A stretch of DNA of 64,000 nucleotides from Candidatus Latescibacterota bacterium (GCA_965219385.1 CBDCNM010000002.1:4350305-4414304); one strand, 5' to 3'; counted from the stretch's first letter, positions 22,801-33,261 are shown. Translations and numbers: made by a program. The notes: generated by a model from the letters alone, not told the origin.

Positions 22801-24117
22801 ATGGTAAAGCCGGGTGCCCTGTACATCGTCGAGACCCTGAGAGCGCAGGGACACCAGGCCTTGCTGGCCGGCGGATGCGTGCGCGACTGGGTGATGGGCC
22901 GCGAGCCGGTGGACTGGGACGTGGCCACCGACGCCGTCCCCGAGCAGGTGATGCAGTTGTTCGGGCACACCGTGCCGGTGGGGGTGCGGTTCGGGATTGT
23001 GGTGGTGATCCTGGAGGATGGGCCCTACGAGGTGGCGCGCTTCCGCCGGGATGGCCGCTACCTGGATGGGAGGCGCCCGGAAAGGGTGGAATTCGCCGAC
23101 GCCCGGGCCGATGCCCTGCGGCGCGATTTCACCATAAACGGCCTGTTTTACGATCCACTCACCCAAGAGCTCATCGATTATGTGGGCGGTCAAAAGGACA
23201 TCGAGCAGGGCCTGGTGCGGGCCATCGGCGAGCCCGACCAGCGTTTTGCCGAGGACTATTTGCGGATGTTGCGGGCGGTGCGCTTGGCCGCCCGCTTGCG
23301 GTTTGAGATCGATCCCCCCACCTTTGCCGCCATCCAGGAAAAGGCCGCACAAATCCGCCGAATCAGCCCGGAGCGGATCCGCGACGAACTCACCCGCATC
23401 CTGGTCGAGGGCAATGCCGCCCAAGGCCTGCAGCTGCTGCTGGAGGCCGGGTTGCTAGAGGAGATTTTGCCCGAGGTGGCCGCCATGGACGGGGTGCCGC
23501 AGCCCCCCCAGTTCCACCCGGAGGGGGATGTGTGGACCCACGTCAAGCTGATGCTGGAGAAGCTGGAGGGGGCTACCCCCACCCTGGCCTGGGGCACATT
23601 GCTGCACGATATAGGCAAACCACCCACCTTTGAAATCGCCGACCGCATCCGCTTCAACGGCCACGATGCGGTCGGGGCCGAAATGGCGCAGGGCATCTGC
23701 CGGCGGCTGCACATGGCCAACGGCGATGTCGAGCGGATCTGCCAGCTGACGGCCCAGCACATGCGGATCGGGCGGGCCCGGCAGATGCGGCCGAGCAAGC
23801 TGAAAAGGCTTTTGCGCCAACCCTTTTTCCCGGAACTGCTGGAACTGCACCGGCTCGACTGCCTGGCCAGCCACGGCCAGCTGGACCTCTACGATTTCTG
23901 CAGGGAGAGCCTGGAAGAGGTGGACCCGAAAGAATTGCGGCCCCCGCGCTTGTTGACCGGGCGCGACCTGATCGCAATGGGGTTCGCGCCCGGGCCTTTG
24001 TTCAAGGAGATCCTCAACGCCTTGGAGGACCAGCAGTTGGAGGGCAGGGTGGGGGGTCAGGAGGAGGCGGTTGCGTTTGTGCGACAGCGCTTTGGGGGCG
24101 GTGACCTGACGGAGTAG
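22801..24117 (+). CDS. cca: CCA tRNA nucleotidyltransferase with HD domain
   Basis: GGCVRD, DWDVAT, RRDFTING, EDYLRMLRA, LLHDIGKP. Confidence 0.88.
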   Translation: MVKPGALYIVETLRAQGHQALLAGGCVRDWVMGREPVDWDVATDAVPEQVMQLFGHTVPVGVRFGIVVVILEDGPYEVARFRRDGRYLDGRRPERVEFADARADALRRDFTINGLFYDPLTQELIDYVGGQKDIEQGLVRAIGEPDQRFAEDYLRMLRAVRLAARLRFEIDPPTFAAIQEKAAQIRRISPERIRDELTRILVEGNAAQGLQLLLEAGLLEEILPEVAAMDGVPQPPQFHPEGDVWTHVKLMLEKLEGATPTLAWGTLLHDIGKPPTFEIADRIRFNGHDAVGAEMAQGICRRLHMANGDVERICQLTAQHMRIGRARQMRPSKLKRLLRQPFFPELLELHRLDCLASHGQLDLYDFCRESLEEVDPKELRPPRLLTGRDLIAMGFAPGPLFKEILNALEDQQLEGRVGGQEEAVAFVRQRFGGGDLTE

Positions 24118-24131
24118 AGGCACCAGAGCAT

Positions 24132-25352
24132 TCAGGCCGATTCTTCGATTTGCTCCAGGTGCTCCAGCACCTCTTTGGGCTGGATTCGGTTCTTGAAGAA
24201 GAAGACCCCGCCCGGCACCTCGGCAAGGTCCTCCTCGCTGACATTCAAATCGCGCGAGACCGCCACGATCAAGTCCTTGCGCTGGGCCCTGCGCAGCTTT
24301 TCCAGCTTGCGGCGCAGGTACTCCGGCCGCCAGAAGCCCACGATCTCCAGCAGCGCGGTGCGGCCGCTGGGATGGCGGAAGGTGAAGTCGGGGATCATGA
24401 CGGTTTCCTTGAGGTTGATGATCTCGCTTTCGCGTTCCAGCTCCCACTCGGTTTTGGCCTTTTCAAAGCGTTTGGCAAAGGTCTCTTCGAGGAGAGAGTC
24501 GTACACGGTCTGGTCGCGGTAGTGCGAGACCAGGGAGCTGTTGTCGTCGAGCACGAACTCCTGGCGGCGGCCGTCCGAGCGCAGGATTTCGGCGCGCATC
24601 TGCCAGCGGGTACACAGCAGCAGGGCGGGCAAGAACACCGCCATCTGGAAACCGTACTTCTGGGAGTGCCGGAACATGCTGACCGGCCCGTCGAGCACTA
24701 CCTCGTAGCCGGCGTCCGGGTCGCCGTTGATGGTGTGGATCAGGCGATAGAATTTGATGAACTTGAAGAGTTGCTTGTAGCGTACCGGGATATTGCGGTA
24801 CACGCTCAGCCGGAGGTGCTCACAGCGATAGAGCATGGCCTGGGCCAGGGCCAGGTTGTAGCGGTTGAGCAGGAAATTGGGGGTGGGGGTCTCAAAGGTT
24901 TCGAGGCGATGATTTTCGGCCAGGTCGGCGTAGAGCCCCTCCTCCACCTGCTCCGAACCGATCTGGTACTTGAGGGCCAATTGTTCCAGGACATGCTCGC
25001 GGGTGATGGGGTAGATGAGGTTGGGCTCGCGCACCACGGGGTGGTTCTCGCGGCTCAGGGCAAAGGTCTGCTGCCTCAGCTCATCAGGAGGCACGGCGCT
25101 GGAGATGTGGAATTCGCAGCGGTCGTCGAAGAGGAGCTTGGCCAGGCCGCGCTGGATGCGGTAGTCGGTGCGGTCCCCGGCGTAGTGGTCTAAGGCGGCC
25201 TGCAACTCCTTGCGGGTCCGTCCCTGGTGGCGCGCGAAGAGATCGATGAGGTCCTGGGCCAGATCGATGTACTGGGGACTGGACACGTCGATGTAGCGTG
25301 GTTCGATGTAGGGCCCCCGGGAACGGGTGAGCAGGAGGTCGGTGGTGAGCAT
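24132..25352 (-). CDS. DUF790 family endonuclease (Bax1-like)
   Basis: RYNLALAQAML, LDGPVSMF...KYG, IPDFTF...LEIVGFWRPEYLRRK (PD-(D/E)xK-like); start overlaps the helicase stop. Confidence 0.85.
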   Translation of the reverse strand: MLTTDLLLTRSRGPYIEPRYIDVSSPQYIDLAQDLIDLFARHQGRTRKELQAALDHYAGDRTDYRIQRGLAKLLFDDRCEFHISSAVPPDELRQQTFALSRENHPVVREPNLIYPITREHVLEQLALKYQIGSEQVEEGLYADLAENHRLETFETPTPNFLLNRYNLALAQAMLYRCEHLRLSVYRNIPVRYKQLFKFIKFYRLIHTINGDPDAGYEVVLDGPVSMFRHSQKYGFQMAVFLPALLLCTRWQMRAEILRSDGRRQEFVLDDNSSLVSHYRDQTVYDSLLEETFAKRFEKAKTEWELERESEIINLKETVMIPDFTFRHPSGRTALLEIVGFWRPEYLRRKLEKLRRAQRKDLIVAVSRDLNVSEEDLAEVPGGVFFFKNRIQPKEVLEHLEQIEESA

Positions 25353-26722
25353 CAGTCGGCGGCCTCTGAATAGGCGGGATGGCGCCGCCGGCGGGCGCTG
25401 ATGCGGTCCTCCACCGTGTCTTTGGATACTACTTCGTAGAGTACCGCCTCCTTGCCCTCGCGCCGGCGCAGGATGCGGCCCAGGCGCTGGACGTGCTCGC
25501 GGATGGTGGCGCTGCCCGAGAGTACCACCGCCACATTGGCCTCGGGGATATTCACCCCTTCGTTGAGCACCTTGGAGGTGATCAGGGCCAGGTGGGCGCC
25601 CTGATTGAAGCCTTCGAGGATTTCCTTGCGTTCCCTGGTGCGGGTCTGGTGGGTGATGGCCGGGATCAGGAAGGTGCGGGAAATCTCGTACACCGTCTCG
25701 TTGTCGCTGGTGAAGATGAGGGTGCGGTCGCGCGGATGGGCCTTGAGGATGTCCTCCAGGACCCGCAGCTTGGAGGCGGTCCCCAGGGCGATCTTGCGGT
25801 GCTGGCGATAGGCCAGCATGGCCCGCCGCCCGGCGCTGGAGCGGGCCGAGAGCTGGACGAATTGCTGCCAGGACTTGAGGGAACCCAGCGCGATGTCCTT
25901 GCTTTCCAAAAAACTCCGGTACTCGGAGTGGGCCGCGTCGTACGCGGCGCGTTCCTCGGCCACCATCTGGACCTGGCGGCGTTCGACCCGGTACTCGGCC
26001 AGGTAGTCGCCGGAGAGGTCGCGGATGCCCTTCTCGTAGACGATGGGCCCGACCAGGGTGTCGAGCAGGATGTGGCGGCCGTCGGCGCGCTCGGGGGTGG
26101 CGCTGAGGCCCAGGCGGTAGGGGGCGATGGCCATCTCGGCGGCGTGGCTGTACATCTCGCCGGGCAGGTGGTGGACCTCGTCGAAGATCACCAGCCCAAA
26201 GCGGTTGCCGTAGCGCTCCATGTGCATGTAGGCGCTGTCGTAGGTGGAAACCGTGAGGTCCTGGATTTCGTGGTAGCCGCCCCCCAGCAAGCCCACTTCT
26301 ATTGCAAAGGCCTTGCACAACAGATCGTACCACTGGTTCATCAGGTCGATGGTGGGGGCCACCACCAGGGTGCTGCGGTTGGTGTGGGCCATGGCCATGA
26401 GCCCGACCTGGGATTTGCCCGAGCCGGTGGGCAGGACCACGACCCCGCGGCCGTGGTGGCGCTGCCAGCCTTCCAGGCTCTCCTGCTGGTGGGGATGGGG
26501 CTGGAGAGGGGAGTTGAGGCTGAGGGAGAGTTTGTTGTAGCGCGGCGCGGTGTTGTCGTACTCGGCGTCCTGCTGGCGCAGAAATGCGACAATGTCGCGG
26601 TAGAAGAGGGCCTGGGCGCGCCACTGGTCCACGCGGGCGTCCCACACAAAGGCCGGCGGAACCGGGTCGGTCTCCTGAAAGTCGCGCAGCAGTAAGGTGC
26701 CTTCTTCGAAGGTCAGGCGCAT
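25352..26722 (-). CDS. XPB/Rad25-like superfamily 2 helicase
   Basis: PTGSGKS, DEVHH, GLSATPER, NEGVNIP, QRLGRILR. Confidence 0.9.
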   Translation of the reverse strand: MRLTFEEGTLLLRDFQETDPVPPAFVWDARVDQWRAQALFYRDIVAFLRQQDAEYDNTAPRYNKLSLSLNSPLQPHPHQQESLEGWQRHHGRGVVVLPTGSGKSQVGLMAMAHTNRSTLVVAPTIDLMNQWYDLLCKAFAIEVGLLGGGYHEIQDLTVSTYDSAYMHMERYGNRFGLVIFDEVHHLPGEMYSHAAEMAIAPYRLGLSATPERADGRHILLDTLVGPIVYEKGIRDLSGDYLAEYRVERRQVQMVAEERAAYDAAHSEYRSFLESKDIALGSLKSWQQFVQLSARSSAGRRAMLAYRQHRKIALGTASKLRVLEDILKAHPRDRTLIFTSDNETVYEISRTFLIPAITHQTRTRERKEILEGFNQGAHLALITSKVLNEGVNIPEANVAVVLSGSATIREHVQRLGRILRRREGKEAVLYEVVSKDTVEDRISARRRRHPAYSEAAD

Positions 26723-26812
26723 GGGCGGGACAGGAACTTAGCGGGTTGATGTTGATCTTATTTAATATTAATGATAAATTGGAATCAGATACAGAGCAAG
26801 GAGGAGCGGGCC

Positions 26813-27033
26813 ATGTGCAAAGTTATAGCAGGGATACTGCTGGCCGGCAAGGTAGGTGGATAGATTCGGGCACTTCGATTTTGCTCAAGAGCGGGTTGTA
26901 TTCGCGGGCGGCCCATTCGGGCGGGGTTTTCGTGGAGGTCACCTATCAGCGCAATGCGTTGCGCACGGTTTTTGATGAGCCCGAGAACACGTCCAGATTG
27001 GGCTTAGGATTGGGTTTCAAGGGCTTTTTTTGA
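26813..27033 (+). pseudogene. Probable internally deleted outer-membrane protein relic
   Basis: AAGGAGG RBS + MCKVIAGILLAG signal-like start; in another frame, terminal beta strands VFVEVTYQR...LGLGLGFKGFF ending in F. Confidence 0.4.
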
Positions 27034-27046
27034 TTGAGGAGTGCGC

Positions 27047-28507
27047 ATGCCGACAGCGCCGCCCAACATCCTGTGGATCTGCACCGACCAGCAGCGCTAC
27101 GATACCATTGCGGCGCTGGGCAACCCGCACGTCTCCACCCCGAACATCGACCGGCTAGTGGCCGAGGGCGTGGCCTTCACCCACGCCTATTGCCAGAGTC
27201 CAATCTGCACCCCCAGCCGGGCCAGCTTCCTGACCGGGATGTACCCCAGCGCCGTGCACGTGAACGGCAACGGCAACGACTGCTTCCCGAGCCAGCCGCC
27301 GCTGGTGACTCGCCTGCTGGCCAACGCGGGCTACGATTGCGGCCTGATCGGCAAGCTGCACCTAGCGGGCGCCTATTGTCGCATCGAACCCCGGGTGGAC
27401 GACGGCTACCGTTACTGGGAGTACAGCCACGCGCCTCGGGACGACTGGCCCGAGGGTCACGGGTACGCAGAGTGGGTGCGCGCCAGGGGGGGAGATCTGA
27501 ATGCCTTTAACAGGGATATCCGCGGGGTGCCGGCCGATTTGCACCAGACTACCTGGTGCGCCGAGAAGACCATTGAGTTTATCTGCCAGGAGCGCCAGGG
27601 GCCCTGGCTGGCCAGCGTGAACATCTACGATCCGCATCCCCCCTTCAATCCCCCCCAGAGCTACCGGGATCTGTTCGATCCGGTCCAGATGTCCGGTCCG
27701 CTCTTCCGCGCCAGCGACCTGGAACAACAGCAAAAGCTGGCAGGGGTGGACTTCCAGTCCAAGGGCCGGCACCCGGACGACCTGGACATTGCCAGCCCGA
27801 TTCTGACCTCCAGCCCGCAGCGCGGTGGCAAACTCGATCCGGCTGCCGGGGGAGAGAAGGATGCCCGCACCCTGCAGGCGGCCTACTACGCCATGATCAA
27901 GCTGGTCGACGACCGGGTGGGTCGCATCCTGAATGCCCTCGAAGAGAGCGGCCAGCGCCACAACACGGTGGTGATCTTCACCAGCGACCACGGCGAGATG
28001 CTGGGGGACCACGGGTTGATCCAGAAGGGCTGCCGGTTCTACGAGGGGCTGGTGCGGGTGCCGTTGATCTTTTCCTGGCCGGGGGTTTTTCCCCAGGGGC
28101 TCAGGAGCGAGGCCCTGGTGGAGTTGCTGGACAAGGCCCCCACCCTGATGGAACTGGCCGGCCTGGTGGCGCCGGAGCGGATGCAGGGGCGCTCCTTGCT
28201 GCCCATCCTCAAAGGGGAGGCCGACCCTGCCGTGCACCGGGATTTTGTCCGTTGCGAGTACTACGATGCCCTGGAGATGCCGGACCACAGCCTGGCCACC
28301 ATGTACCGGGACGAACGCTACAAAGTGGTGCTCTACCACGGGCACGACTATGGAGAACTCTACGATTTACAGGAAGATCCCGAGGAGTTCGAGAATATGT
28401 GGGAGGAACCCGAAGCCCAACCCCTGGTGCTCGAATTGCTCAAGCGCAGTTACGATGCCTCGATGCGGGCCATGGACCGGGGCCCGCGCCGGATCGGACC
28501 GATGTAG
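27047..28507 (+). CDS. Formylglycine-dependent (S1) sulfatase
   Basis: PNILWICTDQQ, CTPSRASFLTG, GKLH, TSDHGEMLGDHG. Confidence 0.92.
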   Translation: MPTAPPNILWICTDQQRYDTIAALGNPHVSTPNIDRLVAEGVAFTHAYCQSPICTPSRASFLTGMYPSAVHVNGNGNDCFPSQPPLVTRLLANAGYDCGLIGKLHLAGAYCRIEPRVDDGYRYWEYSHAPRDDWPEGHGYAEWVRARGGDLNAFNRDIRGVPADLHQTTWCAEKTIEFICQERQGPWLASVNIYDPHPPFNPPQSYRDLFDPVQMSGPLFRASDLEQQQKLAGVDFQSKGRHPDDLDIASPILTSSPQRGGKLDPAAGGEKDARTLQAAYYAMIKLVDDRVGRILNALEESGQRHNTVVIFTSDHGEMLGDHGLIQKGCRFYEGLVRVPLIFSWPGVFPQGLRSEALVELLDKAPTLMELAGLVAPERMQGRSLLPILKGEADPAVHRDFVRCEYYDALEMPDHSLATMYRDERYKVVLYHGHDYGELYDLQEDPEEFENMWEEPEAQPLVLELLKRSYDASMRAMDRGPRRIGPM

Positions 28508-28510
28508 AAG

Positions 28511-29341
28511 ATGACGCCGGTAGAACAAAGGCAGACCCGTCTGGTAAACCGGGATATCCTGCGCTTGCGGGAAAAGTCGGCACAGGTTTGCAAGGACCTC
28601 CTGACGGTTGAAGAGCCGCTCGAAATCCGCCTGGGCCAGGAGCCCATTGCCGTGATCATGCGGACCCCCCGGGACGACTTCGAACTGGCAGCCGGATTTC
28701 TCCTCACCGAGGGCCTGATCTGCGGGCCAGAGGATCTGGGGGCGATTTCCTACTGCAGCGCGGCCGAACCACCCAACCAAAAAAATATAGTGGAGGTGCG
28801 CCTGCGGGATGGGGTGGAATTCGATCTGGCCCAACTCAAACGCAACTTCTACGCCTCGTCGAGCTGCGGGGTGTGCGGCAAGGCCAGCATCGAGGCCATA
28901 ACCAGGCAGGCCCCGCCGCTGGCGGCGGATTTCAGTATCGAGCTCGAGGTGCTCTACGGCCTGGAGCAAAAACTGCGTTCGGCCCAGGATGTATTCGAAA
29001 AAACCGGCTCCCTGCACGCGGCCGGCCTTTTCGACGAGGAGGGCGAACTTTTGGCCCTGCGCGAGGACGTGGGGCGGCACAACGCCGTGGACAAGCTGGT
29101 GGGAGCCTTTGTCCTCAGGGGTCGGCCGATGCCCCTCCGGTCCGTCCTCATGGTCAGCGGGCGGACCAGTTTTGAGATCGTGCAGAAGGCCCACATCGCC
29201 GGCATTTCCGTGGTAGCGGCGGTCTCGGCGCCGTCGAGCCTAGCGGTGGACCTGGCGCGGGAGGCGGGTTTGACCCTGGTGGGGCTTTTGCGCGGACGTG
29301 GATGCAATGTGTACACCGGCGAGGAGAAAATCGTCCCATAA
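28511..29341 (+). CDS. fdhD: Formate dehydrogenase accessory sulfurtransferase
   Basis: EEPLEI, MRTP, SSCGVCG, TGSLHAA, EDVGRHNAVDK, SAPSSLA. Confidence 0.93.
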   Translation: MTPVEQRQTRLVNRDILRLREKSAQVCKDLLTVEEPLEIRLGQEPIAVIMRTPRDDFELAAGFLLTEGLICGPEDLGAISYCSAAEPPNQKNIVEVRLRDGVEFDLAQLKRNFYASSSCGVCGKASIEAITRQAPPLAADFSIELEVLYGLEQKLRSAQDVFEKTGSLHAAGLFDEEGELLALREDVGRHNAVDKLVGAFVLRGRPMPLRSVLMVSGRTSFEIVQKAHIAGISVVAAVSAPSSLAVDLAREAGLTLVGLLRGRGCNVYTGEEKIVP

Positions 29342-29405
29342 AAGGGAGGCAAAACCTGCGGCGCGGCAAGCCATCCGGCCAGATCAATCAGGTCCGTTTA
29401 AAAGT

Positions 29406-29434
29406 TTGACATAACGGTCTATATTGTACATATT
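29406..29434 (+). promoter_or_regulatory. Putative sigma70 promoter (TTGACA-17 bp-CATATT)
   Basis: Perfect -35 hexamer in an AT-rich intergenic stretch upstream of the TolB-like gene. Confidence 0.4.
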
Positions 29435-29734
29435 CAAAATTTGTCCAAAATTTGTCGGATTTTTATGAAGAGCCGATCAACCTCTCGTTCTTCTTGAGTG
29501 CGTTCCCGATTGCGCCGGGAGGCAGCGTAGGTGAGCGCATCAGCGATGAACGAACGTGGTTTGATCCATCCCGTTGTCGAGGTTGACGGCAGGGCTGTAT
29601 ACATTCCTACCCACAAGCGCTTACCCTACCACGGGCGTCCCACCTTGTCCCACAGAAAAGGGCCTTTGTACTTCCTAATACGTATACGTTGGCGGCTCTG
29701 GATCAACGGGCCGGGATTGCTAGAGGAGAGAAAA

Positions 29735-30982
29735 ATGCGTGCGACCGTAGCTCTCATTGCTTGTTGGGGACTAGCGTTGTTCGCCGGCTGTGGCAAGAAC
29801 GAGGTCACTATCGAGATACGGGGCGGAGACGGGCGGAAAGTGCGTCTGGACGCCAACGATGTGGAGTACAAATTCAACCGCCTGGTGGATGCGGGGTCCT
29901 ATACTTTTCCCCGCCCCGACAGCAAAATCGAACTGGATGAGCGTACCTACGTAATCAATGTGGTTGCCGGGGATTACTTGCATTCTCATTCTTTGCAGGT
30001 GGAGTCACCACCTATCACCGGGGTGGAGAACTATAGGGTGGAGTTCGATATCCCCGCCGGCAGCAACGGCGAGTTCAGCCGGGAAGGTACCATCCTTTTC
30101 GCCTCCACGCCCACAAACGTCCGCGACTGGGACTTGTTCACGATCCGTGCGGATGCCTCAGAGTTGACGCAGCTGACCAACACAAAAGAGTTCGAGCAAT
30201 ACCCTTCCTGGTCGCCCGACGGAGAGCGGATCCTGTTTACCAGGGGCAGCGTGATGACCAATATCGATATCTTCGTCATGGACGCCAACGGCTCCCATAT
30301 CACACGCCTGACCGAGCATCCAGAGCGGGACGAGAGGGCGATCTGGTCGCCGGACGGCACCACCATCGCCTACGTCAGCCAGCGCGACGGGGACGTGGCC
30401 ATCTGGCTGATGGATATAGACGGCGGCAACAAGCGCAAACTGGTCAAAGGGCGCGAGCCGTCCTGGTCGCCCGATAGCGAGAAAATCGCCTTCGTTTCCT
30501 TCGTTTCCGGGCAGTTCGATGGTAATGACGAGATCTATCTCATCGATCTGGACGGGTCCAATATGCGGCGACTGACCAATACCAAGAAGTCCGATTGGTT
30601 TCCCCAGTGGTCTCCAGAGGGATCGCGGCTCGCTTTTTGCACGGAGCGCTTCGGCGGTCAGGAACTCATGGTGGCCAATGTGGAGACCGGTTCTCAGGTG
30701 AGGATCACCATGGCCAAGAGCACCTTTGAGGAGAATCCCGTATGGTCTCCGGACGGCCGGGGTCTAGCCTATCAGGGGAAGATGAACTTCACAGAGGAAG
30801 GCGAACTAGACGTAGAAGAATACATGGAAGGAAGGTGGCGCCCCAGAGGTACCTACGATATCTTCCTCGTCCCTGTGGTTGGGTTCGATTGGGACGAGAC
30901 CGAATCCCCCCCCATTATGCCCATCAATCTCACCAATACCCCCGATCGGGACGAAAAATCGCCGAGTTGGCGGCCCTTTTAA
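29735..30982 (+). CDS. TolB-like PD40 beta-propeller lipoprotein
   Basis: Lipobox FAGC; repeated PxWSPDG...I.F motifs. Confidence 0.85.
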   Translation: MRATVALIACWGLALFAGCGKNEVTIEIRGGDGRKVRLDANDVEYKFNRLVDAGSYTFPRPDSKIELDERTYVINVVAGDYLHSHSLQVESPPITGVENYRVEFDIPAGSNGEFSREGTILFASTPTNVRDWDLFTIRADASELTQLTNTKEFEQYPSWSPDGERILFTRGSVMTNIDIFVMDANGSHITRLTEHPERDERAIWSPDGTTIAYVSQRDGDVAIWLMDIDGGNKRKLVKGREPSWSPDSEKIAFVSFVSGQFDGNDEIYLIDLDGSNMRRLTNTKKSDWFPQWSPEGSRLAFCTERFGGQELMVANVETGSQVRITMAKSTFEENPVWSPDGRGLAYQGKMNFTEEGELDVEEYMEGRWRPRGTYDIFLVPVVGFDWDETESPPIMPINLTNTPDRDEKSPSWRPF

Positions 30983-31133
30983 TTGCATTGCAAAGTCTGG
31001 CCTTTGTCAACCGCGGCTGGCTCAATCGTTCCGGGCACAGCGGAAGCCGCCGTAATTGTGACGTGTATCCTCGGTGTGCTTACCTCGGTAGCTAGAAGTC
31101 GAAGTCAAGTAAGATCACCTCCAGCAAAGCAGT

Positions 31134-32717
31134 TTGGTGGAAGATAAACCGACAGTAGATGCAGGGGCATCAGGCCTCATTCGCCGAGTTGGCTGGGTAA
31201 CACTTGGACGCCTCGCCAATATTTCCGCTCTCCTTTTGGTCAATGTCCTTTTGACCCGTCATCTACCCCCCGCTGATTATGGATATTACCAGCAAATCTG
31301 GGTTCTTTTAAATGTAGCTATTCCGCTCTTTTTGTTTGGCCTGCCGGTAAGCATAAACTTTTTTTTACCCCCACTTTCCGGGCGGGAACGCAACAATTTC
31401 ATGTTGCAGCATGTCCTCCTGATCCTGTGTATGGCCTTCCTGTTTTTAGGGGGTATCGGGGGGCTTGGGGCCGCTTGGCGACCCACTTTATTCGGAATTG
31501 GCCTGGATATAGTCCCCCTGCTCCCAATTGCGGCTGTGGGTTTCGGGCTGATTGCCTGTGGTTTTTGGGAAGCCTTCCTGATTGTCTACAACAAGCCCCA
31601 ATGGCTGGCGATTTCTCTGTTTTTTTTCTCGTTGATTCATCTGTCCGCGGTCTTGTTGGGATACTTTGTTGGGAAGTCCCTAGAGTGGATTTTTCTATGC
31701 CTGAGCCTCTCTGTAATGTTGCGCTTCATCGTTGTTTTTTCCGTATTGTGGAAGATGCTTCGGCCCTTGGCGTTTCGCTTTCGCCGGGATTGGCTGCACA
31801 AACAACTTCGCTATGTTTGGCCTGTTGGCCTGAGAGAGGGTATTGGGGTACTGGCCAGGTTCTCTGACAAATTGCTCTTTATACTCTCTACCTCCTATTT
31901 CCCCTATTTTAACGCCAGTCATTTCGCATATTACTACAATGGAGCCTGGGAGTTGCCCGTTGCCGGAATGCTGGTTGATTCGATGCGCGTGGTTTTACAA
32001 CCCGAGCTTAGAGACGCCTATCATAGGAAGGATACCCGCTACATTGTAAGCTTGATGCATTTTGCTTCTAGAAGGATCGCTTTTTTTATTTTTCCACTTG
32101 CGGCTTTTTCGTTTGTAGTAGGTCCCGATCTAATGAGCTTTTTGTTTGGCGAACCCTACCGTGCCAGTGGGGGTTACTTTCGCGTATTCACCCTGATATT
32201 ACTGTGTCGCGTCTCAACTGCCAGCCTGGTACTATTGGCGGCAGACAGGGCTGGCAGCGTGCTCTTCGGAACGGTTCTGGATCTTTTTATAGCGGTGGGG
32301 GTGGGGTTTGCCCTGATTCCTTTGCTAGGCCCTTTCGGACCCGCCGTAGGTTTGGTTTGCAGCACGTATTGTCAGGTCGCCTACTATATGTGGAAGGCTT
32401 CGAGGGTCATCGGACACCCCTTGAGGACCATCCTGCCCTGGGGCACACTGGGCAAACTCGCCCTCTTCAATGGTGGGATTGGCGCGTGCACATCGTTTTT
32501 TTTAATCTTTGATTCCGCTGTTTCAAACATAATCATTTCGGGTGCGGTTTTTGGAGTTTTACTCCTGGTCGGGGGGGTGGGACTGGGCCGGTTTGAGCCG
32601 GAAGAACGCGAGCTGATAAGAACGGCGAGAGAGGTGGCAAAAACCGTGCTTACCTCTTTGGTAAAGCAGGAAAAAGAAGATTTTAGCCAACAGGATCCGC
32701 GGACCCGAGATGAATAA
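31134..32717 (+). CDS. Oligosaccharide flippase (Wzx/MOP superfamily)
   Basis: Many TM segments; LTRHLPPADYG N-terminal motif; visibly AT-richer than the flanks. Confidence 0.8.
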   Translation: MVEDKPTVDAGASGLIRRVGWVTLGRLANISALLLVNVLLTRHLPPADYGYYQQIWVLLNVAIPLFLFGLPVSINFFLPPLSGRERNNFMLQHVLLILCMAFLFLGGIGGLGAAWRPTLFGIGLDIVPLLPIAAVGFGLIACGFWEAFLIVYNKPQWLAISLFFFSLIHLSAVLLGYFVGKSLEWIFLCLSLSVMLRFIVVFSVLWKMLRPLAFRFRRDWLHKQLRYVWPVGLREGIGVLARFSDKLLFILSTSYFPYFNASHFAYYYNGAWELPVAGMLVDSMRVVLQPELRDAYHRKDTRYIVSLMHFASRRIAFFIFPLAAFSFVVGPDLMSFLFGEPYRASGGYFRVFTLILLCRVSTASLVLLAADRAGSVLFGTVLDLFIAVGVGFALIPLLGPFGPAVGLVCSTYCQVAYYMWKASRVIGHPLRTILPWGTLGKLALFNGGIGACTSFFLIFDSAVSNIIISGAVFGVLLLVGGVGLGRFEPEERELIRTAREVAKTVLTSLVKQEKEDFSQQDPRTRDE

Positions 32718-32961
32718 CCTACCCGGCGCTTACTGGACGCTCTGTCGTTCCCCTCGTCCGCCACGCCCCGGGTCTGCACTGCCGTTGCTATCTCCTCGAC
32801 CGGAAGCGCGACCGAGGCGTGTCCCCAAGCGATCGGTGCCTCGGGCCGCCCCTCCAGCGCAACGTGGTGTTCGTGCAATATGCGATCGGCGTGCCGTTCC
32901 ATTCGGAGTACTGGCTGTGCCGCAATCCCCGCTGGAAACCATCCGGCGGGGATTGTCTTTG

Positions 32962-33261
32962 CTAGGAATCGAATCCCCCCAGCAGGGCAGAGGCTATTTC
33001 ATCCCACTCCTGTGGCAGCGGGTCCTTGCAATGCGGCTTTTCGGCGCGGCGGTACCAGTAGCCGGCATTGGACTCGTCGCCCTCCACGCGGTGGAGGTAG
33101 GCGTGGACCCAGGCGCCGAGGGGATTGGGTTCGTCCTGGGCGATTTTGTGGGCCTTTTCCCAGTCGCCCCTGGCATCGTGCCACAGAGCCTGGAGGGCGC
33201 CGTCAATGCCGGCGGGCGGTTCGGCTTGGTCCAGAGACGCCTTGAATTTTTCCAGTTTCAT
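32962..33261 (-). CDS. Small hypothetical protein (AWVHAYLHRVEGD.SNAGYWY motif)
   Basis: AAGGAGG RBS before MKLEKF; motif resembles a widespread uncharacterised family. Confidence 0.7.
   Translation of the reverse strand: MKLEKFKASLDQAEPPAGIDGALQALWHDARGDWEKAHKIAQDEPNPLGAWVHAYLHRVEGDESNAGYWYRRAEKPHCKDPLPQEWDEIASALLGGFDS

Noticed and set aside
24132..26645. 837-aa ORF suggesting a long N-terminal extension of DUF790
   Set aside because: The extension is a low-complexity alternate frame over the XPB gene; the real start is at 25352
32720..32950. Possible small ORF or relic between the flippase and the hypothetical gene
   Set aside because: No convincing start, RBS or recognisable motif in any frame
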